This document shows, piece by piece, positions 1-13,099 of a stretch of 64,000 nucleotides of DNA (its first letter is position 1; each line of letters opens with the position of its first letter). Both the position numbers and the translations under genes were made by a program. The DNA lies in NCBI GenBank assembly GCA_951406725.2, contig OX597835.1:4278001-4342000 (forward strand). Reading direction: 5' to 3'. The DNA comes from Octopus vulgaris. Its lineage: Eukaryota. The notes under the pieces are model-generated. The model was given only the letters and a program-made list of their open reading frames with translations, ran no database searches and was not told the DNA's origin.

Positions 1-589
1 ATTTGAAAGCGATATCAATAGGAGTTGGTATTGCTGTAAAAGATGATTAGTTGGCGGAGTCGTTAAATTGTTGGGTAGAATGTCGCAGTGGTATTTGTTT
101 TCTCTGTCTTCTGGGTTCGAATCCTGCCTAAGCGAACTTTGCCATTTATACTTTCGGGGTTGATAAAAATGTACAAGACAGTGGTCAACTTGTAGCATTG
201 TTAGAATGCCTGACAGTTTGCCTGGTGATATCTGCTTCGGTTCTGTACATTCTGTGTTCAAATCTCACCGTATCTTTTAAAAATGGCGACAATTTTGTCA
301 GGAATTGTCACCATAGAGGGGGGAGAGTAATTTGATTAATCAATGAGAACAGAATTTCCTTTGTTCGGTTGTAGATCAACAGAAATCACATTACTGCAGT
401 TGTTGGTGTCTGCCACTCTCGCATACATACACCCCCCAGTCAGCCCTGATCGAACGCACATATTGTTAAAGACGTCCTAACCACGAACATACCGTCTTTT
501 TTTCAGGCATAGTGTATCTAGGAGTACATGGAATAGCTTCCATCATAGATCTGTCGACTCAATCAGGGTTGAAATCAAACAAGACCACC

Positions 590-712
590 ACCGATAGAAT
601 AAGTACTAGGCTTACAAAGAATAAGTCCTGGGGTCGATTTGCTCGACTAAAGGCGGTGCTCCAGCATGGCCACAGTCAAATGACTGAAACAAATAAATGA
701 CTAAAGAGAATA
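590..712 (+). mobile_element. SINE family A, 3' fragment
   Basis: Matches the 3' end of the full copy at 6768-7184 (CCGATAGAATAAGTACTAGG...GGCGGTGCTCCAGCATGGCCACAGTCAAATGACTGAAAC). Confidence 0.85.
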
Positions 713-1399
713 ATAAAACCATACAATCAATAAAGAGACAAAAGAAACAATAAGATGATGCATTTTGATTTTATTAGGTATTTCTGTTTATTTCACAGAC
801 GCTATAAATTTCACAGGGTACAACCTTAAAGTTGACACCGCTCGGTTAAACGAAGAAATTTTCTGTCTCGTTATTGGCTAAAAATACACAGTTTCTTCGA
901 ATTTTAAACCTCTGTAACTTTTTCCTTCCTTTTTTTTCTCTCCACAATATCATACCTTCATAGCAATTAGACTGGAAAACTATGTTATTATAGCCGATTT
1001 TCAGACATTTTGCTGTCTTTAAAAAAAAATGCATATTTTGTGAATGGAAAAAAAAGTAGATCTCACATATGTAGTTCGGATTACATATTGTCCGGATAAC
1101 GTCTAATCCGATTTCAATTTAATCGCAGGAACCTCTGACAACAAAACGCAATGTTCATGACTGGGAAGTTTATGATTTTTTGAATGAAGAAAAGGAAAGA
1201 AAGAAAGACCGCGTTTAAACAACATCATCATCTTCATCAACAATATTATCAACAACAGCAGCAACAGCAGCAGCAGCGACTCTAACCATAATAGCAACAA
1301 TAACAAGAACAACAACAGAAGCAATAACGACAAAAAACAAGAAAGGACATTTTTTCACTGCATCCCAGAAGTCAACCGATTTACTGTCAGTGTAAGTAG

Positions 1400-1478
1400 A
1401 CACACACACACACACGCACACACACACACGCACACACACACATGCACACACACACATGCACACACACACACATACACG

Positions 1479-1512
<34 letters not shown>

Positions 1513-1602
1513 TGCACACACACACACACACACACGCACACACGCACACACACACACACACACATGCACACGCACACACACACACGCACATACACACACA
1601 CA
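1400..1602. repeat. Imperfect (CA)n microsatellite
   Basis: Read directly; source of the HT/CV ORFs. Confidence 0.95.
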
Positions 1603-1946
1603 GAGAGACATAGACACCCTCCACCCCCACCGCAAACTGCAGACTACTAATTAAGCCTCCATTAGAGCTCAATTAGGCATGCTTCATATAACAAAAATAA
1701 CCTGACTTGTTGTTAAAGTGTGGTTCGAGACAAACAGTCAGAAAGGAAGGAGGAGGAGGAAGAGAAGGAGGGGTAGGAGGCAGTCTTACACAGAAATTAC
1801 AGCCTTCTTTTGTACCCCCTCTCTCTCTCTTTCTCTCTCTCTTATTTTCTCCCTTACACCACTACCTTCACGTCTGTGATCCATCAACCATTAAAAATCC
1901 ACACGCCACGCCTTTACAACAACAACAGCAACCTTAACAACAACTC

Positions 1947-1979
<33 letters not shown>

Positions 1980-2374
1980 ATCTACCTTACATCGCGTGCC
2001 AACAGGGACGATAAGATTAAAAAATAAATACAAAAGAAGACAGGAAAAGAAGCGAAAACCTAGGTAAAAATCCTTTGTTGCTTTGAGTTTCCTTCCTTGT
2101 TCCCAGTCCCTTAGTTCCCTAAATGTTGTGATTCCTTTGTTCCTAAATCCCGCCAGATCTCTCTGCTGCATTGAACGTCCTTTTAGTCAACAATCCCTCC
2201 AGATCTCTGCTCATGGGGTTGTACAAAGTGGACAAGATGGTCACTCATGTAACGAACTTCGTTACTTGGCTGATCAGGAGAGGATCTTGTGTTATTTATA
2301 TATTAATGCCTGAAGGGTTATACACTGTATACCCTTCAAACATTAACATATAAACACTTCACATCTGCACGCAC

Positions 2375-2455
<81 letters not shown>

Positions 2456-2514
2456 TATATGCATACATCTCTCTCTCTCTCTCTCTGTATATATATATAG
2501 ACGCAGGCGTAGCT

Positions 2515-2596
2515 AAGACACTTGCCCAAGGTGCCACGCAGTAGGGCTGAACTCGGAACCATGTGATTGGGAAGCAAGCTTCTTACCACACAGCCA
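2515..2596 (-). mobile_element. SINE family A, tRNA-like head fragment
   Basis: Reverse complement of the family A head (TGGCTGTGTGGTAAG...CACCTTGGGCAAGTGTCTT). Confidence 0.8.
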
Positions 2597-2608
2597 TACT
2601 TATATATG

Positions 2609-2672
<64 letters not shown>

Positions 2673-2682
2673 ATATATATGT

Positions 2683-2714
<32 letters not shown>

Positions 2715-2880
2715 ACACATATACATATATTTGTGTGTGTGTGTGTTTATATATATTTTTTAAAAATCTCTGCTACCTTGTCCCAGCCTTATCTCCACTA
2801 CATTGTTAATTTTCAGTCTTACAATATCTATTATACCTATGAACGTTTTTTAAAAATATTTTTAGCCACACCAAGTTTTT

Positions 2881-3401
2881 ACTGTTCGCCAGGAGCTGCA
2901 CAAAGCCGGATTTCACAGGAGGGCTGCAATCAGAAAACCACTACTTTCAAAAATAAACGTTACAAAGCGATTAGAGTGAAGTAAAAACCTGCAGAATTGG
3001 TCCCTAGAGCAATGGAAGAATGTTATTTTCTCGGAGGAGTCATCTTTTACCTTATTTCCAACCACCGGCCGAGTATACGTGTAGAGACAGCCAAAAGAAG
3101 CATTTGACCCAGACTGCCTTGTTCCAACTGTTAAACATGGAGGAGGATCTGTGATGATCTGGGGGGAGGGGGCTGCATCTTGAAAATCCGCCGGTCCAGT
3201 GGTTTCCCTTAATGGCAGAATTAATTGTCAAGACTATTTAAGCATCTTATCTGATCAAATTCATCCTATGGTTCCGGAATTGTTTCCGGAGGGAAACGCA
3301 ATTTTCAGGATGATAATGCACCAATTCACACAGCTAAAGTTGTTACTGAATGGCCCGAGGAACATTCTAGTGAAATTGAACATCTTATCTGGCCACCACA
3401 G
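2881..3401 (+). mobile_element. Tc1-family transposase remnant (pseudogenised)
   Basis: Manual translation: TVRQELHKAGF..RKPLL..WKNVIFSEESSF..PTVKHGGGSVMIWG..(frameshift)QDDNAPIHTAK..WPPQ. These are classic Tc1 DDE-domain motifs, interrupted by stops and a frameshift. Confidence 0.9.
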
Positions 3402-3424
3402 CTTCTAAAACATTTCTAGCTTGT

Positions 3425-3796
3425 AAAACATTAATCTGACTTCGTTAGTGAATCATTGTTACCATCAAATTTTCCCGGAAATTGCCATAGCTGACTCACA
3501 CTGAAAATACAAAGTCTTTACATCTTGAGAGAGAAAAGGCAAGTTTTATTGAGAATTCTTTGTCATGTAAAATCTGTGTGAGTTCTAGTGCTGAACGCTT
3601 AATTTGGAAATGTGAGAGTCAACAACAAAGTGAGGACAAGCAGGAGAATTGTTAAACAACTCAAATTAGACAGACACAATTACAGTATTAAATATTTGAG
3701 GATCAAATGTCATTTTAAAAATATAAATTATATTTTTTAAATATTAGCTTAAGCTGTCTCAGCTCCGAACTCAGCTCAAGTTCTCTTCAACTGGCT

Positions 3797-3798
<2 letters not shown>
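3425..3798. repeat. Diverged copy of the unit tandemly duplicated at 7218-7876
   Basis: Shared blocks TTAATCTGACTTC, AAATTTTCCCGG, AAGTTTTATTGAGAATT, GGAGAATTGTTAAAC, AAATTAGACAGAC, CTTAAGCTGTCTCAGCT. Confidence 0.75.
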
Positions 3799-3852
<54 letters not shown>

Positions 3853-4002
3853 CACACACACATGTATATTTATGTGTGTGTATATATATATACACATGTG
3901 TGTGTATGTATGTATATGAAATATACACTCGTAGGTTTGTAGAAGAAATTGTAAGAATATAACTCAAGATACGAGTACATATATGTATAAGTATACACCC
4001 AA

Positions 4003-4077
4003 GACAAGTGTATAACCTTGGGCCAATTAAAGCGTTATGAGCGAATGTGGTAGACGGAAACTGAAAGAAGCCCGTTT

Positions 4078-4118
<41 letters not shown>

Positions 4119-4300
4119 GAGTGTGTATGTGTGTCTTTGTGTGTGTGTGCGTGTGTATGTCCCGTCCACTGCTTGTCAATCGGCGTTGGCTTGTGTATGT
4201 CCTCGTAACTTACCTGTTTGGCAAAAGAGACCGATAGAAAACTAGGCATTAAGGAAAATAAAAACTTGAATCCATTGGTTTGACTAAAACCCTTCAAGAC
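4003..4300 (+). mobile_element. SINE family A, diverged copy with internal (TA)n/(TG)n
   Basis: GGTAGACGGAAACTGAAAGAAGCCCGT, microsatellite, then GGCAAAAGAGACCGATAGAA as in full copies. Confidence 0.75.
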
Positions 4301-4447
4301 CCTTGTGCCATTCTGGGGCATCACCTTCAAGGGTTTTAATGAAAGAAATTGATTCCAGTGCTTTATACATACGTACATACTTACATAGCTAGCTAGATTG
4401 ATAGATACATAAATAGCGAGCTAGATTGATAGACAGAGAGACATACG

Positions 4448-4519
<72 letters not shown>

Positions 4520-4876
4520 TACACACTTGAATATATACATAGGTATATATATGCATACATATTGTTGAGATTACGCAAAAGTGTCGTAAGTTCGATAATT
4601 TTTGATATCTCAGTATCTGGAGCAGCTGGAGATACGATAGTTTGACCAAAAGGACCTGCTAATCCTTAAATATTTAATACTGTAATGGTGAAAAAAAAAA
4701 ACGCATTTGACCAAATTTGGACATACGATAGTTTATCATAATAGCAACGATATGTGCTGAGTTTGATTAGTGGCACATACGAAACTCTAGGTCCTTGAGT
4801 CAGATTTGTAACTTTCTTCTGGTTAAAGTTTATATATACATGCATGTAAGTATTTGGCCTGATGTGTGTGTGAATG

Positions 4877-4924
<48 letters not shown>

Positions 4925-4927
<3 letters not shown>

Positions 4928-5331
4928 TCTTTTACTCTTTTACTTGTTTCAGTCATTTGACTGCGGCCATGCTGGAGCACCGCCTTTAGTCGAGCAAATC
5001 GACCCCGGGACTTATTCTTTGTAAGCCCAGTACTTATTCTATCTGTCTCTTTTTTGCCGAACCGCTAAGTGACGGGGACGTAAACACACCAGCATCGGTC
5101 GTCAAGCAATGCTAGGGGGACAAACACAGACACACAAACACACACATATATATATATATACATATATACGACAGGCTTCTTTCAGTTTCCGTCTACCAAA
5201 TCCACTCACAAGGCATTGGTCGGCCCGGGGCTATAGCAGAAGACACTTGCCCAAGATGCCACGCAGTGGGACTGAACCCGGAACCATGTGGTTGGTAAAC
5301 AAGCTACTTACCACACAGCCACTCCTGCGCC
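4925..5331 (-). mobile_element. SINE family A, full length
   Basis: tRNA-like A/B-box head, CCTTGGGCAAGT-like segment, internal microsatellite and GTAAAAGA-repeat tail; colinear with 6768-7184; flanked by (TA)n on both sides. Confidence 0.9.
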
Positions 5332-6183
5332 TATATATATATATAAAATGTGTGTGTATTTCATACAGTACAGATACACACACACACACACAGAGTAACG
5401 CCTTCAACAGCCACGCAGATAGAGTAAACGATAAACCCATCCCGCCTTGATGTCTGTGCGAGTCGCTTCTGTTGACTGTGCACTGTTTCACTGGACTGCT
5501 TACAGAATTTAAGGAGTATGTAAACCATTGAAGCTGGTCAGTCAGCCATAAAAAGACAACACAGCAAAGCGCTTGTTAGTTTTTTTATGACCACACATCG
5601 GGACGTCTGTGGGATGGAGGTTAAGTCAGTCACTGGCTTTACTTATATCAATAAAGTCCTGTTTTTATGATGAATTAATCGTTGATTTAGAAAGAAGACA
5701 CGCCAAATTCTGAGTGTGCCCTCCACACTGTCGCCAATAACAACCAGATATCGATTCCATTCAGTTTCGGCTTATCGATTTCATCATCAGAAATGAGACA
5801 CGTTTAACTTTGTAACATTGCATGTTGATACAATGAGGAAGCTGTTCGAAGATGGAGAAATATCAATTATATTCAAATATAAAATGTACTGAATCATCGC
5901 ATCTAAACCGACCCATTCAGACCCGAAATAGTGAGGAGACATTACTCTGATTTATGGGTCGTACGTTTAAAGTGTCAGTAGCAGAAATTATAGGGCCACA
6001 GTGAGTTTCTTTTACTTACAGTTTGCCCTTCCTGTCATGACAAAAATACAAACAGGCCGTCTATGTTTGGTTCATCCTCATGCTAGAAATATCAGCCAGA
6101 TCTCTATTGAACCACAAACTTATCGCCGTAATACAAAAGGTTGGATTGGATAATTCAGCCTAGGATAAGTCTCTATTGTTTAA

Positions 6184-6251
6184 GCATCATCATCATCACC
6201 ACCACCACTACCACCAAAACCACCACCACCAAAACCACCACCACCATCACC

Positions 6252-6345
<94 letters not shown>

Positions 6346-6356
6346 TCATCATCATC
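6184..6356. repeat. (CAT)n/(CAC)n trinucleotide tract
   Basis: Read directly; explains the poly-His, poly-Ile and poly-Met ORFs. Confidence 0.95.
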
Positions 6357-6767
6357 GACAACAATAACTACAACAACCGCAACAACCGATCTTCTGTAAT
6401 CACAAGGAGCAACGCTACTGTGTTATTTGGGACCTATTAGCTGTCCCTGCTTTCCAGCCAGGACCATTACCATCTAAACAAACAAAAAAAAAACATAGTG
6501 GTTCAGAGTGAACGTTATCCAAAGTTGGTCATGGTCAATCGAGACAAGGGTGAGATTAAGAAAATCAAAATAATGGTTTTCTCGATTATCCTTGAAATGA
6601 ACCAAAATAGATTTAATAGTCTGTGGACCAACACACACAAATGTAAATCCGTAAGGAAATGGCGTAGAAAAGTGAATTAATTTGAGAATAAATAATTAAG
6701 TGGCATCATCCACATGGAAAATAAAACAATTAGAAATAATTATGAGTTGAAAGTAAACCATTCATTA

Positions 6768-7184
6768 GGCGTAGGTGTGGCTGTGTGGTAAGTATTTGCT
6801 TACCAACCACATGGTTCCGGGTTCAGTCCCACAGCGTGGCACCTTCGGCAAGTGTCTTCTACTATAGCCTCAGGCCGACCAAAGCCTTGTGAGTGGATTT
6901 GGTTGATGGAAACTGAAAGGAGCCCATCGTATATATGTATATATATGTGTATGTGTGTGTATATGTTTGTGTGTCTGTGTTTGTACCCCCAACATCGCTT
7001 GACAACCGATGCTGGTGTGTTTACGTCCTCGTAGCTTAGCGATTCGGCAAAAGAGACCGATAGAATAAGTACTAGGTTTACAAAGAATAAGTCCTGGGGT
7101 CGATTTGCTCGACCAAAAAAAAAAGGCGGTGCTCCAGCATAGCCACAGTCAAATGACTGAAACAAGTAAAAGAGTAAAAGAGTA
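6768..7184 (+). mobile_element. SINE family A, full length (tRNA-derived, CORE-like segment)
   Basis: A box TGGCTGTGTGG and B box GGTTCAGTCC; CACCTT(C/G)GGCAAGTGTCTT resembles the start of the CORE domain (from memory); 3' stem-loop CAGTCA-AA-TGACTG; tail GTAAAAGAGTAAAAGAGTA; more than 10 copies in the window. Confidence 0.9.
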
Positions 7185-7217
7185 TTGGCTTATAGGGCAG
7201 ATAATCTCATAATTGTT

Positions 7218-7876
7218 TTTATTTTTCCTGTTATTAAGGGGCATCACCTCTAAATTGTTTCCGCCTTAATCTGACTTCATCAGCAAGACATTTTTTTGTT
7301 TCACCAAATTTTCCCAGCAAATACTATAGCTGGCTCACCCTTTTTATACTTGGAGAAAAAAAAAAGAAAAGAAAAAGTAAGTTTTATTGAGAATTGTTTG
7401 CCATTTTAAGTCTGTATAACTTCTCGAGTAGAACACTTAAATTAGTAGCGTGAGTGTAAATAACAAAGTATGGACAAATCGGAGAATTGTTAAACGGCTA
7501 AAATTAGACAGACTCCATTACAGTTTTAAATATTTAAGGATTAAATTTATTTTCCCTGTTATTAAGGGGCATCACCTCTAAGTTGTTTCCGCCTTAATCT
7601 GACTTCATCAGCAAGACGTTTTTTTGTTTCACCAAATTTTCCCGGCAAATACTATAGCTGGCTCACTCTTTTTATACTTGGAGAAAAAAAAAAGAAAAGA
7701 AAACGTAAGTTTTATTGAGAATTGTTTGCCATTTTAAGTTTGTATAACTTCTCGAGTAGAACACTTAAATTAGAAGCGTGAGTGTAAATAACAAAGTGTG
7801 GACAAATCGGAGAATTGTTAAACAGCTAAAATTAGACAGACTCCATTACAGTTTTAAATATTTAAGGATTAAATTT
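7218..7876. repeat. Recent tandem duplication, two copies with 328-bp period
   Basis: CTGTTATTAAGGGGCATCACCTCTAA at 7228 and 7556; the copies differ by few substitutions. Confidence 0.95.
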
Positions 7877-8519
7877 CAATTCAAACATATAAACTGAACT
7901 TAAGCTGTCTCAGCTGAACTCGGCTCAGTTTCTCATTAATTCGCTGATCCAAGTAAGTGCAATGCATACATTCATATGTGCATACATGTACTTATTGTAT
8001 TACTTTCAAACGTTCATACACATGTTCACACGCGTGCATTTATCTGTATGTGTGTGCACTTGTGCGTGTGTGTACGCACATATATATGTGTGTGTGTGTG
8101 TGTGTATACACAAACACACACATATTTATACACATACATATATACATGTATATGTCGATGTGATTTAATTAGTCTTATAGTGAACTAGTATAGACTGCTC
8201 CATTAATTTCTGACATTATAAAATAGAGTAAAAATTAGTTGATATCAGAGACTAGAAGTGAATAATAGAAAATATGAACACCCATGAGGTCGAGTGAGCA
8301 TATTGAGAAGGAATGTACAGAGTTATAGGGTTTGTTTTTAGATTCTGTAGGAACCATTGTCTAGCAAGAAAAGAAAGACTTCGAACTAACGAGTCGGTAA
8401 CTATGGAGCCTGTTTTTCTGCTAGAAATGCCAGACAAATCATCGTCAAATCAGATCATACCATCTTAACTAAAGGAAGGTTCTTTTAAATCATGGTGATT
8501 GATTGGTCGGTAGAGCTTC

Positions 8520-8750
8520 AGGCGGCGAGCTGGCAGAAACGTTAGCACGCCGGGCGAAATGCGTAGCCGTATTTCGTCTGTTGTTACATTCTGAGTTCAA
8601 ATTCCGCCGAGGTCGACTTTGCCTTTCATCCTTTCGGGGTCGATAAATTAAGTACCAGTTATGCACTGGGGTCGATATAATCGACTTAATCCGTTTGTAT
8701 GTCCTTGTTTGTCGCCTCTGTGTTTAGCCCCTGTAGGCAATAAAGAAATA
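8520..8750 (+). mobile_element. SINE family B, full length (tRNA-derived)
   Basis: TGGCAGAAACGTTAG A-box-like and GAGTTCAAATTCC B-box-like motifs; central GCCTTTCATCCTTTCGGGGTCGATAAATTAAGTACCAG resembles the Nin/Inv SINE domain as I recall it; AATAAAGAAATA end. Confidence 0.85.
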
Positions 8751-9164
8751 GGCATTTAATAATGTTCTTCAAGATCTGGGGCTCAAATGTTTCCGAGGTC
8801 ATTCTTCTGAGATTGCTGGAATAAAGAAAGTTTCAAGTATTGGAATCGATTTAATATTTCTCTACGATTTCTTAGAATGTTATATAGGATATTTCATTTG
8901 CATATAATTGAATATATCAAAAAGTTTAACAGGAGACAGTATAACTGAGGGTTCAGACTTGTGTTGTCTCTGTTATGGAAAAAACTGATGCTTTTTCATT
9001 CCATATCTTTAATCCTCTAGTTCTCTAATTAGACGTGTTCTTTCTCGTTTCGAGAAGACTAGCTTCTCAAGATTTCGGAATGATATACCGTATATGCACT
9101 TATCAGCTTAATTACACATGGTTATATTTATAACTACATACAGTATCTCCGTATGTATGCGTGA

Positions 9165-9226
<62 letters not shown>

Positions 9227-9339
9227 ATGTGTACGTGTGTACGTGTGTACGTGTGTGTGTGTATGTGTGTGTGCGTGTGTGTATGCGTGTGTGTGTATCT
9301 CTCTCCACATACACCTGCACATATGCACACATACACACA

Positions 9340-9410
<71 letters not shown>

Positions 9411-9414
9411 ATAC

Positions 9415-9472
<58 letters not shown>

Positions 9473-9529
9473 GTATGTATATTTATAAATAAATATTTAT
9501 TTCCCTGTAAGTTTGGAATAATATTTCCC

Positions 9530-9619
<90 letters not shown>

Positions 9620-10074
9620 TTTAGTGTGTATGCATGTATAGTTAATGCAAAGAGACACATTAATACTGAATTAATCCACATGCTGTAATAGATACAATAT
9701 TGTCTGCATTCTCGCTTGTGTTTCTAGTCAGACGTTGAAAGGAATATATTCGACACGCGACAACACCTACGTCAGCGGAACTACAACGACAATCATTTTG
9801 TGTTTTTCACACTTTATGTACACTGTGGCACAGAAATCGGTAATAGACGGAAACAAACGGAAATCATCCGAAATATCAAGAATCCAATCACGTTTCGTTT
9901 CCTTTATAAAATTGCTTAAATCAGAAAGATTAACTCAGCAAACGGAACTTTAAATTAATCTACAGAAAAGCGCTACTATAAAACTAATCAGGTAGAGGGG
10001 GATAACATGGTGACATATAAATGCTACTAATTAAAAGACGTACTTCAAAATAAAATGAAACTGTATTAGTAAAA

Positions 10075-10458
10075 GTGGAGGCGCAATGGCCCAGTGGTTA
10101 GGGCAGCGGACTCGCGGTCATAGGATCGCGGTTTCGATTCCCAGACCGGGCGTTGTGAGTGTTTATTGAGCGAAAACACCTAACGCTCCACGAGACTCCG
10201 GCAGGGGATGGTGGTGATCCCTGCTGTATTCTTTCACCACAACTTTCTCTCACTCTTACTTCCTGTTTCTGTTGTACCTGTATTTCAAAGGGCCGGCCTT
10301 GTCGCTCTCTGTGTCACGCTGAATATCCCCGAGAACTACGTTAAGGGTACACGTGTCTGTGGAGTGCTCAGCCACTTACACGTTAATTTCACGAGCAGGC
10401 TGTTCCGTTGATTCGGATCAACCGGAACCCTCATCGTCGTAACCGACGGAGTGTTTCC
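10075..10458 (+). mobile_element. SINE family C, full length with 10-bp TSD
   Basis: tRNA(Arg)-like head GGAGGCGCAATGGCCCAGTGGTTAGG...GGTTTCGATTCC; TSD ATTAGTAAAA at 10065-10074 and 10459-10468; near-identical to 12711-13099. Confidence 0.92.
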
Positions 10459-10852
10459 ATTAGTAAAATAAATACATTGCTTATTCTATGCTATATTTGG
10501 ATACAACCGTGTTTCCAGCAGTCAAGGTTTACTTGAAGTATTTAGACACGTGATAGCTTCATCAATGTATTTGTTCATTTTGGTAGATCGACTGTTTCCG
10601 ATTATTACCTATTAATGTGTCGCGGAATATATCAACTACAGTTCTGGGAATATATCAGCAGAAACTCAGCAGAAGAGAAACAGCGGTTGGAAGGGGTGCA
10701 TGATAAAGAAAACATAGAAGTGGAGAGGGCTATACTAGAGAGAACAAAGCAGACGGAACATAACAGAGAAACTATAGAAGAGGAGGGGTTAGGGGACATA
10801 ACAGAGGAAGATATATTAGAGGGGACACAATCATACAGCATTCTCAGTTGAA

Positions 10853-10909
<57 letters not shown>

Positions 10910-11403
10910 AGGAGAGAAGGAGCAGACCATAAAGTATCAGAACGCAATATGAATAAATATCTGATATGGTTAAAAGAAGCGGGGTTTGGTGGCAAACGAC
11001 GATGACTCGATCTTTCTGCTGTTAGAGTGATTTATGAGGTTGTTATGTTATTACAATTTATTAATTTCTCTCTCTTTTCTTCTCTCCGCGTTTTCAACGG
11101 CAATAAATATTTCCACGCTCAGGCGTGTCACCAGAAATGGATCTGATGTAATTTTAAAGAACTGTTTTAAACGGGATTAAATTTAGATTAACAGTCAATT
11201 AATTATGAAAATACTCATTATCGAATTCACATACATTTTTACACACAACTCCACATATATATAAGCATATATATTTACATATATATATATATGTTTATAT
11301 AATATATTTATCCTGAAAAGAATCCTAAATACTTATGTCCACAAACAAATAACGTGTGTGTGTATGAATATATATGTATATATATGTATGCGTATGAATG
11401 TAC

Positions 11404-11456
<53 letters not shown>

Positions 11457-11888
11457 ATTCACATATATATATGTATACGAATGTATATATACATATACGT
11501 ATATATATGTATATATACATATATGTATATATGTATACACACACACACACACACATATATATATATTATGAGCAATATAGCGTAAATTAGACATACTGAA
11601 GTAAGGTTACTGCAAAACCTAAGTTTTATGATATTTAAAGAATTTTAAAAAATGCCTTTTCTTCTCTGTTTTTCTCTGCGCGCGGAAAAGAACGGGGATT
11701 CTCCTGACGGACCGTTTCGCCGCTTGTTGACTGCTCTTCAAATGTGTCTCTTTGATGTCAGCAAAATACTTCCTCAAACTCTCTACCTCTGCTTTCATAA
11801 AGTCAATGTAAATAATGTAAATAATGTTGATAATTCCTCATCTCTTAAATATAGAACTGTAAAAAAAGAAGTAGTAAACAGAATAATA

Positions 11889-12118
11889 GAGGCGCAATGG
11901 CCTAGTGGTTAGGGCAGCGGACTCGCGGTCGCAGGATCGCGGTTTCGATTCTCAGACCGGGCGTTGTGTGTGTTTATTGAGCGAAAACACCTAAAAACTC
12001 TACGAGGCTCCGGCAGGGGGTGGTGATCCCTGCTGTACTCTTTCACCACAATGGCGGTGCCCCAGCATGGCCACAGCTCAAGAGCTGAAACTGGAAAAAC
12101 AAAACAAAACAAAACAAA
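11889..12118 (+). mobile_element. Chimeric SINE: family C head joined to family A/CR1-type tail
   Basis: 11889-12051 matches family C; 12053-12091 GGCGGTGCCCCAGCATGGCCACAGCTCAAGAGCTGAAAC matches the family A tail; ends in (CAAAA)n. Confidence 0.8.
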
Positions 12119-12710
12119 TTTCCCCCAAGTGTTTGTCTCTGAACGCTTACAATCTACCGCTTCTTCCTCACTGAATTCTAGTTTCATAATTTTTAAAACG
12201 CTTGAACATAAATTGATCAAAATCTAAGTTGTTATATTCTCAACCTCGTTTGGATGAGATTATGGAGGCGAGACATGCGCCAAGAATTTTACATTTCATA
12301 AATTGAGAGCAGGATTAATTTTATATTCTCCTTCGTTCTAATGAGAATTCCACGAAATATGCGAATGGATTTAACGCAAGAAAAACTAATTTATGGTAGT
12401 GTGAGTCGGAGTTAATGAGGTTTTAGTGAGCTGGTCTTAAATACAAGTTTGTTTTTGTTTTCTTTTTGTTCTGGGACCGTACAAGGATTGCAGCAGTTTA
12501 TTACTGAAACTCACTCTTTTTAGTAGCTTGATCTGTTAGAAATATCCACCAAATGCCCCCCAAATCACGTCTTATTGTCATGGGAAAATGTAAAGAATTC
12601 CTTGTACAGTGTAGAGCTAGAAATAACGATGTACAAAATAAAACGATGGTATAGTCACCGCTGGACCATCTTTGATCACAAGTCTTCTTCACCAGGTATG
12701 ACCCAAAACT

Positions 12711-13099
12711 GTGGAGGCGCAATGGCCCAGTGGTTAGGGCAGCGGACTCGCAGTTGTAGGATCGCGGTTTCGATTCCCAGACCGGGCGTTGTGAGTGTTT
12801 ATTGAGCGAAAACACCTAAGGCTCCACGAGGCTCCGGCAGGGGATGGTGGTGATCCCTGCTGTACTCTTTCACCACAACTTTCTCTCACTCTTACTTCCT
12901 GTTTCTGTTGTACCTGTATTTCAAAGGGCCGGCCTTGTCACTCTCTGTGTCACGCTGAATCCCCTCGAGAACTACGTTAAGGGTACACGTGTCTGTGGAG
13001 TGCTCAGCCACTTACACGTTAATTTCACGAGCAGGCTGTTCCGTTGATTCGGATCAACCGAAACCCTCGTCGTCGTAACCGACGGAGTGCTTCCATTCC
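12711..13099 (+). mobile_element. SINE family C, full length with 13-bp TSD
   Basis: TSD ATGACCCAAAACT at 12698-12710 and 13100-13112; TTCCA-type tail. Confidence 0.93.

Noticed and set aside
5761-5795. Minus-strand CTGATGA...GAAAC
   Set aside because: The intervening sequence cannot form stem II; likely chance.
6176-6367. Poly-histidine ORF
   Set aside because: (CAT/CAC)n repeat open in several frames, with no splice or gene context.
10075-10152. tRNA-like sequences at SINE heads (also 6768, 12711, 52810-52884)
   Set aside because: Imperfect cloverleaf continuing into SINE bodies; these are tRNA-derived SINE heads, not tRNA genes.
11705-11748. Minus-strand TTGAAGA-GCAGT..GCGGC-GAAACGGTC hammerhead-like string
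   Set aside because: Core C3 is mutated, stem II is mismatched and there is no stem I.
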